Shown in pieces: positions 29,999 through 40,828 of a stretch of DNA of 64,000 bases. The stretch is taken from assembly GCA_016178505.1 (NCBI GenBank), contig JACOTG010000079.1:1810-65809 (forward strand). Direction: 5' to 3'. Source of the DNA: Planctomycetota bacterium (GTDB taxonomy: Bacteria > Planctomycetota > JACOTG01). The first letter of the stretch is position 1; the number at the start of each line of letters is the position of its first letter. A model generated the notes under the pieces. It ran no database searches. It had not been told where the DNA came from and was given only the letters and a program-made list of their open reading frames with translations. The translations under genes and the position numbers were made by a program.

Positions 29999-30362
29999 CG
30001 TGGATTCGACGTCCCGTGCCGCTCCGCCGCCGCACGACCCCGCCGAGTTCGATTATTTTGGGCGCGATCCGGCGGTCGAATCGGTCCGATCCGCCGTGAA
30101 ACGCAAGGGATCCGATCGGTACGACTCCGAGGGCCGGAAAACGTTTCGTCGACTTCCTAGCTGCCTGAGGGACGACGGTCGTGTAGAATTCGCGTCCCGG
30201 TCTTCCATGGTGTAGACCGGATCGGGGCGCTTGGGTCGCAGGGGCCTAGAGTGCCAGGGGATCGTCGAAGAGGCGTGCCGCTTCAATCGCGCGTCGAGTG
30301 CGGATCCCGTGCACCGACGCGGCGAAGGGACTTCGCGACGGGAGATCGCTCGAGGAGCTTCG

Positions 30363-31904
30363 ATGGATCGTTCGAACGCGCGAAGGTGGTGGGTCGCCGT
30401 AGCAGGTGGGGTTCTCACGGCAGCCGTCGTCTCCACGTGGTTCGCCTTTTCGGCCCGCTCCGCACATGCGCAGGGTTCGGGGCTCGTGGGAGGCCCACCC
30501 GACATCGTCGTACTCGTGCTCGACGACCTCGCGCCGACGCAGCTCCGCTTTCTCAAGGGTGCGCCCGGCGACAACCGGCTGCGAGATCAGATTCGCCGCC
30601 TCGGAATCAAGCGACGCGTCTTCAAGGCGGCCTACTCGACGACTCCTCTCTGTTGTCCGTCGCGAGCGAGCATCCTCCGGGCGCAGTTCGCGCACAACAC
30701 GGGCATTCACTTCAACAATCCTTCGTCAGTCGGCGCGACGGACGGCGGCGCGATCGGGTTCACGCAGCGCTCCCTCGATCAATCGACGATCGCCACGTGG
30801 CTCAATGGCGCCGGTTACCGGACGGGTCTGCTCGGCAAATACCTGAATGGGTACGAAGCGGTGAACCCGCCGGGGTTCGTTCCGCCGGGCTGGTCGCATT
30901 GGCGCAGCCTGTACGATCTCGGCCAGGGTGGCTACTGGAACTTCTCGCTGTCCGAGAACGGCGTCATCACCTCGTATCCGCACAACTCCGACGCCGACTA
31001 CGGGACCGACGTCGATCGCGCGAAAGCGATTCAGTTCATCGCATCGACGCCCGCGAATCAGCCCTTGTTCATGTACGTCGGCTTCGTGACCCCGCACACT
31101 CCCGCGATCCCGGCGCCGCGGCACGCTGCGCTGCGACCGACGCTCGTCGCGCCGAGACCGCCGGGCGATCCGGCGTATCTCGAAGACGACGTGACCGACA
31201 AGCATCCGTTCATCCAGGCCATCACGCTTCCGCGGCCTCAAGCGGAAATCGACGAAGAAGATCAACTCTATCGAGACGGCTCGAATGCGCTCGCCAGCGT
31301 GACCGACTCCATCATCGACATCATCAGCACGCTCGACGCGACGGGTCGCCTCGACAACACGTTGCTGCTCATCCTGAGCGACAACGGCTACTCGCCTCTC
31401 GAGCACCGCTTGCGAGGCAAGCGCAGCCCGTTTGCCGCGAGCGTGAAGACGCCGCTCGTCGCTCTCACCAAGAACGGGGCTTGGATCGGAACCAACGGCG
31501 CGACTCAAAGCCTGGTCGCGAACGTGGACATCGCACCGACGATCACCCAGCTGGCGGGCGTGAGCATCCCAGGCGGCCATCACGTCGACGGAATCAGCTT
31601 CGTTTCACTTCTCCAGTCGGCGGCGAGCCCACCGCCACGCAACGACGTGCTCGTCGAAAACTTCGGACCCGAGCCCCTGGGCGACGGCGATCCGCCGAGC
31701 AACTATCCGGCGTGGAGCGGCATCATCACCGGCCCCGGAAACGTCAACGCGAACTGGAAGTACGTCGAGTACAACGACGGCTTCCGGGAGCTCTATGACC
31801 TGACGACGGACCCCTTCGAGCTGATCAACGTCGTGGACGACCCCGACAACCTTCCGCTCGTCGCGACGCTTCACGATCGACTCATCCAGCTCATGAACCA
31901 GTGA
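30363..31904 (+). CDS. Secreted Cys-type formylglycine sulfatase (N-acetylglucosamine-6-sulfatase-like)
   Basis: DD metal motif, CCPSRASIL (CxPxR), GYRTGLLGKYLNGY, SDNG, ELYDLTTDPFEL. Confidence 0.92.
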   Translation: MDRSNARRWWVAVAGGVLTAAVVSTWFAFSARSAHAQGSGLVGGPPDIVVLVLDDLAPTQLRFLKGAPGDNRLRDQIRRLGIKRRVFKAAYSTTPLCCPSRASILRAQFAHNTGIHFNNPSSVGATDGGAIGFTQRSLDQSTIATWLNGAGYRTGLLGKYLNGYEAVNPPGFVPPGWSHWRSLYDLGQGGYWNFSLSENGVITSYPHNSDADYGTDVDRAKAIQFIASTPANQPLFMYVGFVTPHTPAIPAPRHAALRPTLVAPRPPGDPAYLEDDVTDKHPFIQAITLPRPQAEIDEEDQLYRDGSNALASVTDSIIDIISTLDATGRLDNTLLLILSDNGYSPLEHRLRGKRSPFAASVKTPLVALTKNGAWIGTNGATQSLVANVDIAPTITQLAGVSIPGGHHVDGISFVSLLQSAASPPPRNDVLVENFGPEPLGDGDPPSNYPAWSGIITGPGNVNANWKYVEYNDGFRELYDLTTDPFELINVVDDPDNLPLVATLHDRLIQLMNQ

Positions 31905-32029
31905 TCATCGCCGGCGTCGCCAAGATCTGAGCCGTCGGGGCATTCCAGCCCCTCAGGCCCGTCCACCGCCTCGCGAGCATTCCGCGAGTCCGGACGAGAC
32001 GATTGACACGTGAACGCGTTGTCCGTCTC

Positions 32030-33292
32030 ATGTCGAGCGTGAGCGCCCAAGTCTCCCCGTCTGGTGCCGCCAATGAAGGGTCGGTCGCTCGGGACCCCGC
32101 ACCGGTTTCGACGCTCGAACTGTCGATCGTGATCCCCTGTCTGAACGAAGCCGAGACGATCGGACTCTGCGTCGAGAAAGCGCAGGCCGCGATCCGGCGG
32201 CTCGGCATCGCAGGCGAGGTCGTCGTGGCGGACAACGGCTCGACGGACGATTCCCGGGGAATCGCCGAACGCCAGGGAGCCCGAGTCGTGCCCGTTGCCG
32301 CTCGCGGGTACGGCGCGGCGCTGACGGAAGGGTTTCGCCGCGCGCACGGACGATTCCTGATCATGGGAGATGCCGACGACTCCTACGATTTCTCGGCGAT
32401 CGACGACTTCGTCGACGAGCTCCGGCGCGGCGCCGATCTGGTGATGGGAACGCGCCTCCGCGGAACGATCGATCGCGGCGCCATGCCCTTCCTCCACCGC
32501 CACCTCGGAACTCCCGTGCTCACGTTCGCGATCAATCGCTTCTTCAAGACCCGGATCAGCGACTGCAACTGCGGGATGCGCGGGATTCGAAAGGACGCGC
32601 TCGAGCGACTCGATCTGCGCGCGACGGGGATGGAGTTCGCGTCCGAGATGGTGCTCAAGAGCGCGCTCTACGGCCTCGAAATCGTGGAGATCCCCATCCA
32701 CTTCCACAAGGATCGCCGCTCACGCCCGCCGCACCTTCGCACCTGGCGGGACGGTTGGCGCCACCTGCGATTCATCCTCTTGTTCGCGCCGAACTACGTC
32801 TTCCTTCTGCCGGGCCTCGTCGCGACCATCCTCGGATTCGTGCTTCTGCTCACGCAGTTGAACGGGCCGCTCGACCTCGGTGTCGTCAAGCTCGACTATC
32901 ACTTCATGTTCCTCGGATCGACGCTGGCCATTTCCGGCTTCCAGCTCGTGTTGTTCGGCATCGCCGCGAAGATCTTCTCGCACGTCGAGCGCTTCCATCA
33001 GCAAAGTCGGATGAACCGCTTGTTCGATCGATTCCGACTCGAGACCGGTCTCGTGCTCGGCGTCGTCCTCTTCCTCGCGGGATTCGGGTACGACCTCGCC
33101 GTCCTCGTTCGCTGGGCGCGAAATGGATTCACCGATCTCCACGAGATGCGCCACGCGCTCGTGGGAATGACGTTTCTCGTGATCGGCCTGCAGACGATCT
33201 TCTTCTCGTTTCTCTACAGCATGCTCGGGATCGAGCGACGCGGCGGCATCCTCGACGATCGGCGCATTCCGCCGGGGAATTCGCCGGGTTGA
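32030..33292 (+). CDS. GT2 glycosyltransferase (polyprenol-phosphate sugar synthase-like) with C-terminal TM helices
   Basis: IPCLNE, DNGSTD, MGDADDSY, TWRDGWRHLR; four TM helices. Confidence 0.9.
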   Translation: MSSVSAQVSPSGAANEGSVARDPAPVSTLELSIVIPCLNEAETIGLCVEKAQAAIRRLGIAGEVVVADNGSTDDSRGIAERQGARVVPVAARGYGAALTEGFRRAHGRFLIMGDADDSYDFSAIDDFVDELRRGADLVMGTRLRGTIDRGAMPFLHRHLGTPVLTFAINRFFKTRISDCNCGMRGIRKDALERLDLRATGMEFASEMVLKSALYGLEIVEIPIHFHKDRRSRPPHLRTWRDGWRHLRFILLFAPNYVFLLPGLVATILGFVLLLTQLNGPLDLGVVKLDYHFMFLGSTLAISGFQLVLFGIAAKIFSHVERFHQQSRMNRLFDRFRLETGLVLGVVLFLAGFGYDLAVLVRWARNGFTDLHEMRHALVGMTFLVIGLQTIFFSFLYSMLGIERRGGILDDRRIPPGNSPG

Positions 33293-36200
33293 TCTTTCGA
33301 GCGGGCAATCCGCGACGAGAGCACGCCTTCGCCCTCCTTGCCTTTGCCCTGATGCTGCTCCTGTCTTTTCCCGACGTCGTCTTTTTCGGTCGAACGCTTC
33401 AGACGAGCGCGCTCAAAGCCGGCGTCGCCGGCCCATCCGGACCATGGGGTTATCACGGGCATCGGCCGCTCCGCGGTCCGGTCGTCGATGCCGAGGCCTC
33501 CGCGACGACCTACGAGCCGTCGACGTTTCAGGTCCACGATGCGCTCGGCCGCGGCGAGATCCCGTACTGGAATACACGTTCGGCTTTCGGTGAGCCGTTC
33601 GCGGCAAACTTCCTGACCGGCATCTACGCGCCGCTGCGTTGGCCCGTGTTCCTGTTTCCGACCGAGTGGATGCAAGACGCTTACCTGCTCCTGCGATTGT
33701 GGCTGGCAGCGTTTCTCGCGTACCTCTTCCTGCGCGAGATTCAAGTCGGCTGGCTCGGCGCCGCGACCGGCGGCGCGATTTTCGGGCTCAGCGGGTACTT
33801 CGTGCTGCTCGTCAACATGGTCCACCTGGACGTGGAGATCTGGCTTCCGCTCGTACTGCTCGCACTCGAGAAACTGTGCCGGGCGCCAAGCGCGAGAACG
33901 ATGGCCTGGCTCGCCCTCGCGACGGCGCTCGCCGTGTTCGGTGGAAATCCCGAATCGGTCGCCGTTCTCCTTTCGGCGGCCGGCCTCTACCTCGCGTATC
34001 GAAGCCGCCTTCGCGTCGACGTGTTGTCCCTCGGCGCGATCGGATTCCTGCTCGGGATCCTGCTGGCTGCACCGTTGCTCGTCCCGGGCATCGAGTACGT
34101 GGCGCACGGCGTTCACACGAAGCCGCCGGCCGCGGGTCTCGAGCACGATCCCACGAGAACCTTCGCGCTCGCCCTCGTCCCGGACTTCTTCGGGCCGTTG
34201 AATGCGACGTGGGATCTGATGGGCCCGATGACGCGGTGGTGCGCCTTGGGAATCGTTCCGTGGACTCTCGGGCTCGCCGGATTGGCGGCTCGTCGAAAGG
34301 ACGGAGCGCAGTGGTTCTTCTCGGGCCTCCTCGTCGTCTGCGTGATGAAGATCCATGGCTGGCCGCCGGTCCAATGGATCGGACACTTGCCGCTGCTCCG
34401 ATTCGTCCTGTTCACGAAACACCTGCAGCCGGTGATCGCGCTTTGCATCGGCGCGCTCGCCGCGTTCGCACTCGATCGCCTCGCCCGAGAAAACGCAGGG
34501 CGTCGCGCTCTGGTCGTCGCGGCGGGCGTGACGTCCGCCGTCGTTTCCGTGTTCGTGTTGCGTTATCGGAAGGCGGCCGGCGCGGCCGGCGCGTGGCCGC
34601 CGACGCTTCACGCCGTGATCGTCGAGATGGGCTTCCTCGCCATCGCGATCGGCGTGGCATCGTGGCCGCGCCTGAGATTCGGCGCGACCTTCGCCGCGAT
34701 CGGTTGCGTCGCGTGCCTGTGGATGCACGTCCCACGAGATCGTCCGGAGCGCTACGATCCGTCGACCCCGCCGCCGTTCGTCGACGCACTCCGTTCGGAC
34801 CCGTCGCATCCTCGGATCGCCGGTTTCGACGGGCTGATGTCGCCGAACTGGGCGGCGGTGTTCGGTCTCGACGACTTACGATTCTTGAACGGCCTGAGCG
34901 TGGCGACGTCGACGGAGTGGATCCGGAAGAGAGTCGAGCCGATGGTTTTCGACCGGTTCTCGGGCACGGACTCGCCGGAGCCCGACTTGTTCGGGACGGC
35001 CATCGATCAGAGTGGAGTTCGCTACCTCCTCTCGATTCGGCCGATCGAAGAACACGCCACTCGATTCCTCGCGAGCCGGGCACGACGCCCCTTTCCGGAA
35101 AAAGAGGGATTTCGGCTCGTCGATCGAAGCCGAACCAACGGCGTCGCCCTCCGCGTGGATCCCGAGCGGCCGCACGAGCTGGAGATCTCGCTGCCGCTCC
35201 GCGCGGCGAGGCTGCGAGCGAGCGTCGCGTCCACGGCGAGCGACGCGCGCGTCCGGGTGGAGGTCGAGCGCCTCTCCACTCCCCGCGTTCTCTATCGACG
35301 CTTCCTCGATCCGGTGAGCCGCACTGCCGACCGCCGATGGTTCGACGAGACCGTGGCCGTGCCCGCCGGTGACGGCTATCTCTCGCTGCGTACGGATCCA
35401 GGCCCGAACGGAAACCGGCGCTTCGATCGCATTTGCTGGGCGGATCCTCGGACCCCTGCCGACGAGTCGCTTGCACCGAACGGCCTCGCCGATTTCCGAA
35501 TCGCGGCTCCGGGCGTCGGCTTCGCCGAACGATCGACGGTGAGCCTATCGGGCGATTCGCGCGTCGCGATCGCGCAACGAACGCCGTGTGCGTTGAACCG
35601 GCCGATTCACGTGGGCTCCGCCGGCGCTCGTCTCGCGTTCGCCGTTGGTTTCCACCCCGACGCCCTTCGCAATCTGCAGTGCGATGGCGCGGGCTGCGAA
35701 CTCGCCTGGCAGGAACGCGGCCAACCCGCGACGCTCTTCGACGATCGCATCGGATCCGGCGGCCGTCTCGTCGACGTCGATCTCGATGCGTTCCGGGGCC
35801 AAACGATCCTGCTGCGGTTGGTGAGCGATGACGTGACGACCGAGTGGTCGCAGTTCTCGCCGGAGCTGTTCGGTCGCACGCTGGAGGAGACGTTCGATCG
35901 CAACGACGTCCACGTCTATCGAAACCCCCATGCCCTGCCGCGCGCCTACTTCGTGCCCGAGAGCGGCGTCGTCACGGCCGAGACGCGCGACGACGCCGTC
36001 GCGCGCACGGCGGACCCGTCGTTCGACGCGCGCCGCAGCGTGATCCTCGAGCGCGAGCCGTCGGACGCCGCCTCGGAGGCGCCGCGCAACGCGTCCACGG
36101 GCCTCGGCGGGAGCGTGCGCATCGCGACCCACGACGCCGAGGAGGTGTCGCTGGAGATCTCGGCGGAGACCGACGGCCGTTGCGTGCTTCTCGACGCCGC

Positions 36201-36411
36201 GTACCCGGGCTGGCGCGCCACCCTCGACGACGTCGAAGTCCCGATCCGCCGCGCGAACGGCGCGTTTCGATCGGTTGCCGTGCCGCGCGGCGAACACCGG
36301 CTGCGCTTCGTCTACCGTCCCGCGTCGTTACGGCTGGGATTGGGGCTGTTCGCGTGCGCGGCACTCGCGTTGGGCACGATGGCGTGGAAGTCGAAGCGAT
36401 CCGTTCTTTGA
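33289..36411 (+). CDS. YfhO-family polytopic membrane protein (GT-C-like) with extracytoplasmic domains
   Basis: TTG overlaps the GT2 stop; GEIPYWN...GEPFAAN; many TM helices; NPHALPRAY and YPGWRA...ANGAFRSV...FVYRP C-terminal motifs. Confidence 0.85.
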   Translation: MIFRAGNPRREHAFALLAFALMLLLSFPDVVFFGRTLQTSALKAGVAGPSGPWGYHGHRPLRGPVVDAEASATTYEPSTFQVHDALGRGEIPYWNTRSAFGEPFAANFLTGIYAPLRWPVFLFPTEWMQDAYLLLRLWLAAFLAYLFLREIQVGWLGAATGGAIFGLSGYFVLLVNMVHLDVEIWLPLVLLALEKLCRAPSARTMAWLALATALAVFGGNPESVAVLLSAAGLYLAYRSRLRVDVLSLGAIGFLLGILLAAPLLVPGIEYVAHGVHTKPPAAGLEHDPTRTFALALVPDFFGPLNATWDLMGPMTRWCALGIVPWTLGLAGLAARRKDGAQWFFSGLLVVCVMKIHGWPPVQWIGHLPLLRFVLFTKHLQPVIALCIGALAAFALDRLARENAGRRALVVAAGVTSAVVSVFVLRYRKAAGAAGAWPPTLHAVIVEMGFLAIAIGVASWPRLRFGATFAAIGCVACLWMHVPRDRPERYDPSTPPPFVDALRSDPSHPRIAGFDGLMSPNWAAVFGLDDLRFLNGLSVATSTEWIRKRVEPMVFDRFSGTDSPEPDLFGTAIDQSGVRYLLSIRPIEEHATRFLASRARRPFPEKEGFRLVDRSRTNGVALRVDPERPHELEISLPLRAARLRASVASTASDARVRVEVERLSTPRVLYRRFLDPVSRTADRRWFDETVAVPAGDGYLSLRTDPGPNGNRRFDRICWADPRTPADESLAPNGLADFRIAAPGVGFAERSTVSLSGDSRVAIAQRTPCALNRPIHVGSAGARLAFAVGFHPDALRNLQCDGAGCELAWQERGQPATLFDDRIGSGGRLVDVDLDAFRGQTILLRLVSDDVTTEWSQFSPELFGRTLEETFDRNDVHVYRNPHALPRAYFVPESGVVTAETRDDAVARTADPSFDARRSVILEREPSDAASEAPRNASTGLGGSVRIATHDAEEVSLEISAETDGRCVLLDAAYPGWRATLDDVEVPIRRANGAFRSVAVPRGEHRLRFVYRPASLRLGLGLFACAALALGTMAWKSKRSVL

Positions 36412-36436
36412 CGACGACCGCTCACGATCGCACGGC

Positions 36437-36919
36437 TCACTCCGCGCTCGTGAACAGGGCCGGCGGCGCGATGCCGAGGAGACGCAGATAGACGACGAGC
36501 TGTCCGCGATGATGGCTCTCGTGGGTCGCCGCGGTCTCCAGGATCTCGCCAACCGTGAGGTCGTGAAACGGCGCGGCGTCGCCGGGCGGGCTTCTGAGCT
36601 CGTCGAAAGTGAGTCGGTGAACGTACGCCATCGTCGCCTTCCGGACGTCGGCGAGGCGCGTGACGGCGCCGGCAAGATCCGTGCTCGAAGACGTGCCTCG
36701 ACCAAAGACGTCGAGGCTCCAATCGTCGCTTCGGCAACCGCGAACGCGCCACAGCTCGCCGTCCGCGATGTGATGCACTTGGCCTGCCGCCGTCATCATC
36801 TCGGGCTTCGGGCGGAACCCGCCGTGCGCGAGGGGAAACGCGCGCAGGAGCGTCGACGTGTAGCGGCGCTCGTTTTCGAGGAGTCGGACGAGGTTCTCGA
36901 GGCTTTCCGCTTCGGGCAT
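36437..36919 (-). CDS. DinB-family protein
   Basis: FRPKPEMMTAAGQVHHI and HESHHRGQLVVYLRLLG motifs. Confidence 0.88.
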   Translation of the reverse strand: MPEAESLENLVRLLENERRYTSTLLRAFPLAHGGFRPKPEMMTAAGQVHHIADGELWRVRGCRSDDWSLDVFGRGTSSSTDLAGAVTRLADVRKATMAYVHRLTFDELRSPPGDAAPFHDLTVGEILETAATHESHHRGQLVVYLRLLGIAPPALFTSAE

Positions 36920-37086
36920 GCACGACAGCTTGCCACAGGCCGCCGTGCGCGGCTACGTCACGCGAAGGATCACGGCGATCGCTGCGCCGATCGTCGATCG
37001 ATCCGCCGCGTCCGCGCTCCGGACGCCTCGCATCGCAGGTGCATCGGGGACGGCGGGGCTTTCGGGCGCACGCGGAGGCCTGTAAG

Positions 37087-40000
37087 ATGCGACGCGTCAC
37101 GAGGCCGGCTCCCGAAGCCTTGCACCCGCACCGACGCGGAAAACAGTTGCCCACGAGAAAAAGAACTCTCCCAAAGAAAGCTCCGGTGAGTCGCGCGCGT
37201 GAGCGACTCGTCCGGTCACGACGCCGATCTCCTGCGTCGACGGCGACGGAGCCCGCGGACCCGAGTCCCAAGAATCGCGCCACACGCAAGCGTGGCCGTC
37301 ACGCCATTGCCGGCCCGCTCGCGATCGCCGGCATCGCGGCTTCGGCAGGCGGGCTCGACGCGTTGAAGAGGTTGTTCGGCGCGGCGCCGTCCGACTCGGG
37401 AATCGCGTTCATCGTCGTTCCGCACTTGGCCCCCGCGCACGAAAGCCTCATGGCCGAACTCCTCGCGAAACAGACAGACATGCCCGTCGCGGAGGCCAGG
37501 GAAGGCGCGGCGGTCGAAGCCAACCACGTCTACGTCATCCCGCCCAACAAGTACTTGTCGATCCGGCGCGGTCGGCTTCGACTGACTGGCCCGGTCTCGA
37601 AGCAGGTTTGGCAGACGCCGATCGACTTGTTCCTCCGTTCCCTCGCCGAGGATCAACGCGAGCGTGCGATCGGAATCGTCCTCTCGGGCACCGGGTCGCA
37701 CGGCACGGTGGGACTGAAGGCCGTGAAAGAAAACGGCGGAATGACGATCGTGCAGGACCCAACGACGGCGGACTACGGCCAAATGCCCCAGAGCGCGATC
37801 GACGCGGAGGTCGCGGACTTCGTGCTTCCGCCGGCGAAGATGCCCGAAGCCCTGGCGCAGTACGTGAGACACCCCTACGTCCGCACAGCCGACACGGCGT
37901 TGGCAAGCGGAGACGCTTGGAACGCCCTGAACGAAATCGTGTCGCTCCTTCGCACGAAGACTCGTCATTACTTCGGCTGCTACCGGCGAAAAATGCTTCG
38001 ACGCCGAATCGAGCGGCGCATGAGCTTGAATCACATCGAACGGCTCGGGGACTACCTCGAGCTCCTGCAGACGCGTCCGGACGAGGTGCGACGGCTCTCG
38101 AAGGACCTACTGATCAGCGTCACGTCGTTCTTCCGAGAACCCGATTCTTTCCGCGTGCTCGAGACGAAGGTGATCCGCGATCTCGTGCGGCGGATTCCCG
38201 GCGATTCGCCGATCCGTGTCTGGGTGCCGGGGTGCGCGACGGGCGAGGAGGCGTACTCGATCGCGATCCTCTTCCTCGAGAAATTGTCCGCTGCGTCCAA
38301 GAATTGCCCACTCCAGGTGTTCGCGTCGGATGCGGACGACGCCGCCCTCGAAATCGGGCGGCAGGGCGTATATCCCGACGGGATCACGGCGGACGTGTCG
38401 GCGAAGCGACTCTCACGCTTCTTCACCCGAACCGCGGACCAGTGTTATCGCGTCAACAAGCAGCTGCGCGATTCCGTGGTCTTCGCGCGGCAGAACTTGA
38501 TCGGCGACGCTCCGTTCTCCAAGCTCGACCTGATCAGTTGTCGAAACCTGCTCATCTATCTCGAGCCCGACGTGCAGAAGAAGGTCATCTCCCTGCTGCA
38601 CTTCGCGCTGAACGAGCGGGGCTATCTCTTCCTGGGTCCCGCGGAGTCGATCGGCCGGCAGGGCGACCTGTTCGACGCGATCTCGGCGAAGTGGCGCATC
38701 TATCGACATGTCCGGCGCGGACGGGCCCACGCGGTCGACTTCCCCATCGTGTCGGGGATCGCGCAACGAATCGAAACTCGACGTGGGACCGAGATCTCCG
38801 CGTCGCACTCCGCGAGCGTGTCGCAGCAACTGACGCAACACCTCCTCCTCCAGGATTTCGCGCCGGCGGCCGTGCTCATCGGCCGCGCGTCGGAGATCCT
38901 CTACTTCCACGGCCCGACGATGCGGTATCTCGACCAGCCGAGCGGTGAGCCGACGCGCGATCTGATGGCAATGGCGCCCGACGGGATTCGCTCGAAGCTT
39001 CGCGCTGCCGTGCGCAAGGCGCTTCGCGACAAGAGTCGCGTCACGGTGTCGGCGACGTGGCTGGGTCGACGTGGAAACGGCCGTCGCGTCCGACTCACTG
39101 CGAGACCGATCCACGCGCCGCGCGTCGGTACCGGTCTCGTCCTCGTGACGTTCGAGGACGAACAGGCGCCGGCCACGAAGCGAAACGTCGCCGTAGAGTT
39201 GAGCGAGCCGTCTTTGGTTCACCACCTCGAGGACGAGCTTCGGATCACCCGAGAAGATCTCCGGAACACGGTCGGAGAGCTGCAGGCTGCCAATGAGGAT
39301 CTCAAGTCGTCGAACGAAGAGATCGTGTCGATGAACGAGGAACTCCAGTCCGCGAACGAAGAGCTCGAAACCTCGAAGGAGGAACTCCAGTCATTGAACG
39401 AAGAGCTGAGCACGGTCAACAGCCAGCTCCAAGACAAAGTCGGGGAGCTCGAAAAGAGCAACAACGACTTGGCCAATCTGCTCACGTCGGCCGACATCGC
39501 CACCGTCTTCTTGGACACGCACCTTCGAATCCGGCGATTCACGTCGGCCGCGACGAAGCTACTGAGCCTCATCGCCACCGACGTTGGCCGTCCGCTCAGC
39601 GACATCTCCCTCAAGTTCGACGACGACCAACTCTTCGCAGATCTCGATCGAGTGATGCGTGACGCCACGCCGCGCCAGAAGGAGGTGAGCACGAACGGCG
39701 GGCGCTATTGCCTCCGGCGAATCCTCCCGTACCGAACGACGGAAGGTCTAATCGAGGGCGTAGTCATCACGTTCACGGACATCAGCGAGGCGAAGCTGGC
39801 GGACGAGCACATGAAGCGGCTGGCGACGGTCCTCATGGACTCGAATGATGCCGTCACCGTCCAGGATTTCGACGGTCGCATTCTCGCTTGGAACCGCGGA
39901 GCCGAGCGGATGTACGGGTACAGCCAGGCCGAGGCGATGAAGATGAACGCATCGAAGCTCGTACCCGAGGCGCTTCGCCCGGACACCGAAGCCACGACCG

Positions 40001-40797
40001 AGCGCCTCCGGCAGGGAGAACGGGTGAACTCGTGGGAAACGCAGCGCACCCGCAAGGACGGCAGCATCGTTCAAGTGTGGATCACGGCGACCCCGTTGAA
40101 AGACGCGGAGGGCCATCCGTTCGCCGTCGCAACGACCGAGCAAGACGTCACTCAGCGAAGGGCGCTCGAGCGAGAGATCCTGGAAGTCACCGTGCGCGAA
40201 CAACGGCGCGTGGGACAGGATCTCCATGACGTCACCGGCCAGGAACTCACCGGACTCCGTCTCTTGGCTCACGACTTGGCCGAGTCGCTCACGGAACGTG
40301 CCCTACCGGACGCCGAGACGGCGCGGAAGATCGCTGAAGGGTTGAAGCAGGCTCTCAGCCACGTTCGCACGCTGTCGCGCGGACTGAATCCGGTGGAAGT
40401 CGATGCGCAAGGACTGATGGCCGCTCTCGAGGACCTGGCAGCGCGGACCAGCGACCTCTACCGAATCCCCTGTACTTTTCGATGCCAGCACCCGGTGACC
40501 TTCGCGAACAACGGAACCGCCACGCATCTCTACCGAATCGCCCAGGAGGCGATCACCAACGCCGTGAAGCACGCTCAGGCCCGGCGCGTTCAGATCACGC
40601 TCATGAAGGATGCGAGCGCGGTTCGCCTCGAAGTGCAGGACGACGGCGTGGGTATCCGAAAGCGGCCTCCCTCGGAGCCGGGAACGGGACTGCGCATCAT
40701 GGCGCATCGCGCAGACGTCGTCGGGGCGAAGCTCAACGTGGGCCCGGGGCCGACCGGCGGAACTCTCGTCTCTTGCACGCTCCCGAAAGGTCGATGA
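37087..40797 (+). CDS. CheB/CheR fusion with PAS domains and a HisKA_3-type histidine kinase
   Basis: ASAGG/VPHL (CheB); VTSFFR, GCATGEE, SCRNLLIY (CheR); NEELQSANEEL coiled coil; PAS; QDLHD H-box; EAITNAVKHA, DDGVG. Confidence 0.93.
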   Translation: MRRVTRPAPEALHPHRRGKQLPTRKRTLPKKAPVSRARERLVRSRRRSPASTATEPADPSPKNRATRKRGRHAIAGPLAIAGIAASAGGLDALKRLFGAAPSDSGIAFIVVPHLAPAHESLMAELLAKQTDMPVAEAREGAAVEANHVYVIPPNKYLSIRRGRLRLTGPVSKQVWQTPIDLFLRSLAEDQRERAIGIVLSGTGSHGTVGLKAVKENGGMTIVQDPTTADYGQMPQSAIDAEVADFVLPPAKMPEALAQYVRHPYVRTADTALASGDAWNALNEIVSLLRTKTRHYFGCYRRKMLRRRIERRMSLNHIERLGDYLELLQTRPDEVRRLSKDLLISVTSFFREPDSFRVLETKVIRDLVRRIPGDSPIRVWVPGCATGEEAYSIAILFLEKLSAASKNCPLQVFASDADDAALEIGRQGVYPDGITADVSAKRLSRFFTRTADQCYRVNKQLRDSVVFARQNLIGDAPFSKLDLISCRNLLIYLEPDVQKKVISLLHFALNERGYLFLGPAESIGRQGDLFDAISAKWRIYRHVRRGRAHAVDFPIVSGIAQRIETRRGTEISASHSASVSQQLTQHLLLQDFAPAAVLIGRASEILYFHGPTMRYLDQPSGEPTRDLMAMAPDGIRSKLRAAVRKALRDKSRVTVSATWLGRRGNGRRVRLTARPIHAPRVGTGLVLVTFEDEQAPATKRNVAVELSEPSLVHHLEDELRITREDLRNTVGELQAANEDLKSSNEEIVSMNEELQSANEELETSKEELQSLNEELSTVNSQLQDKVGELEKSNNDLANLLTSADIATVFLDTHLRIRRFTSAATKLLSLIATDVGRPLSDISLKFDDDQLFADLDRVMRDATPRQKEVSTNGGRYCLRRILPYRTTEGLIEGVVITFTDISEAKLADEHMKRLATVLMDSNDAVTVQDFDGRILAWNRGAERMYGYSQAEAMKMNASKLVPEALRPDTEATTERLRQGERVNSWETQRTRKDGSIVQVWITATPLKDAEGHPFAVATTEQDVTQRRALEREILEVTVREQRRVGQDLHDVTGQELTGLRLLAHDLAESLTERALPDAETARKIAEGLKQALSHVRTLSRGLNPVEVDAQGLMAALEDLAARTSDLYRIPCTFRCQHPVTFANNGTATHLYRIAQEAITNAVKHAQARRVQITLMKDASAVRLEVQDDGVGIRKRPPSEPGTGLRIMAHRADVVGAKLNVGPGPTGGTLVSCTLPKGR

Positions 40798-40828
40798 CGT
40801 GCACGGAGGCGAAAAGCCACTCGAGAAG

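Noticed and set aside
29999-30362. Structured RNA or tRNA-Sec in the intergenic region after the porin gene
   Set aside because: No cloverleaf or recognisable riboswitch consensus seen by eye
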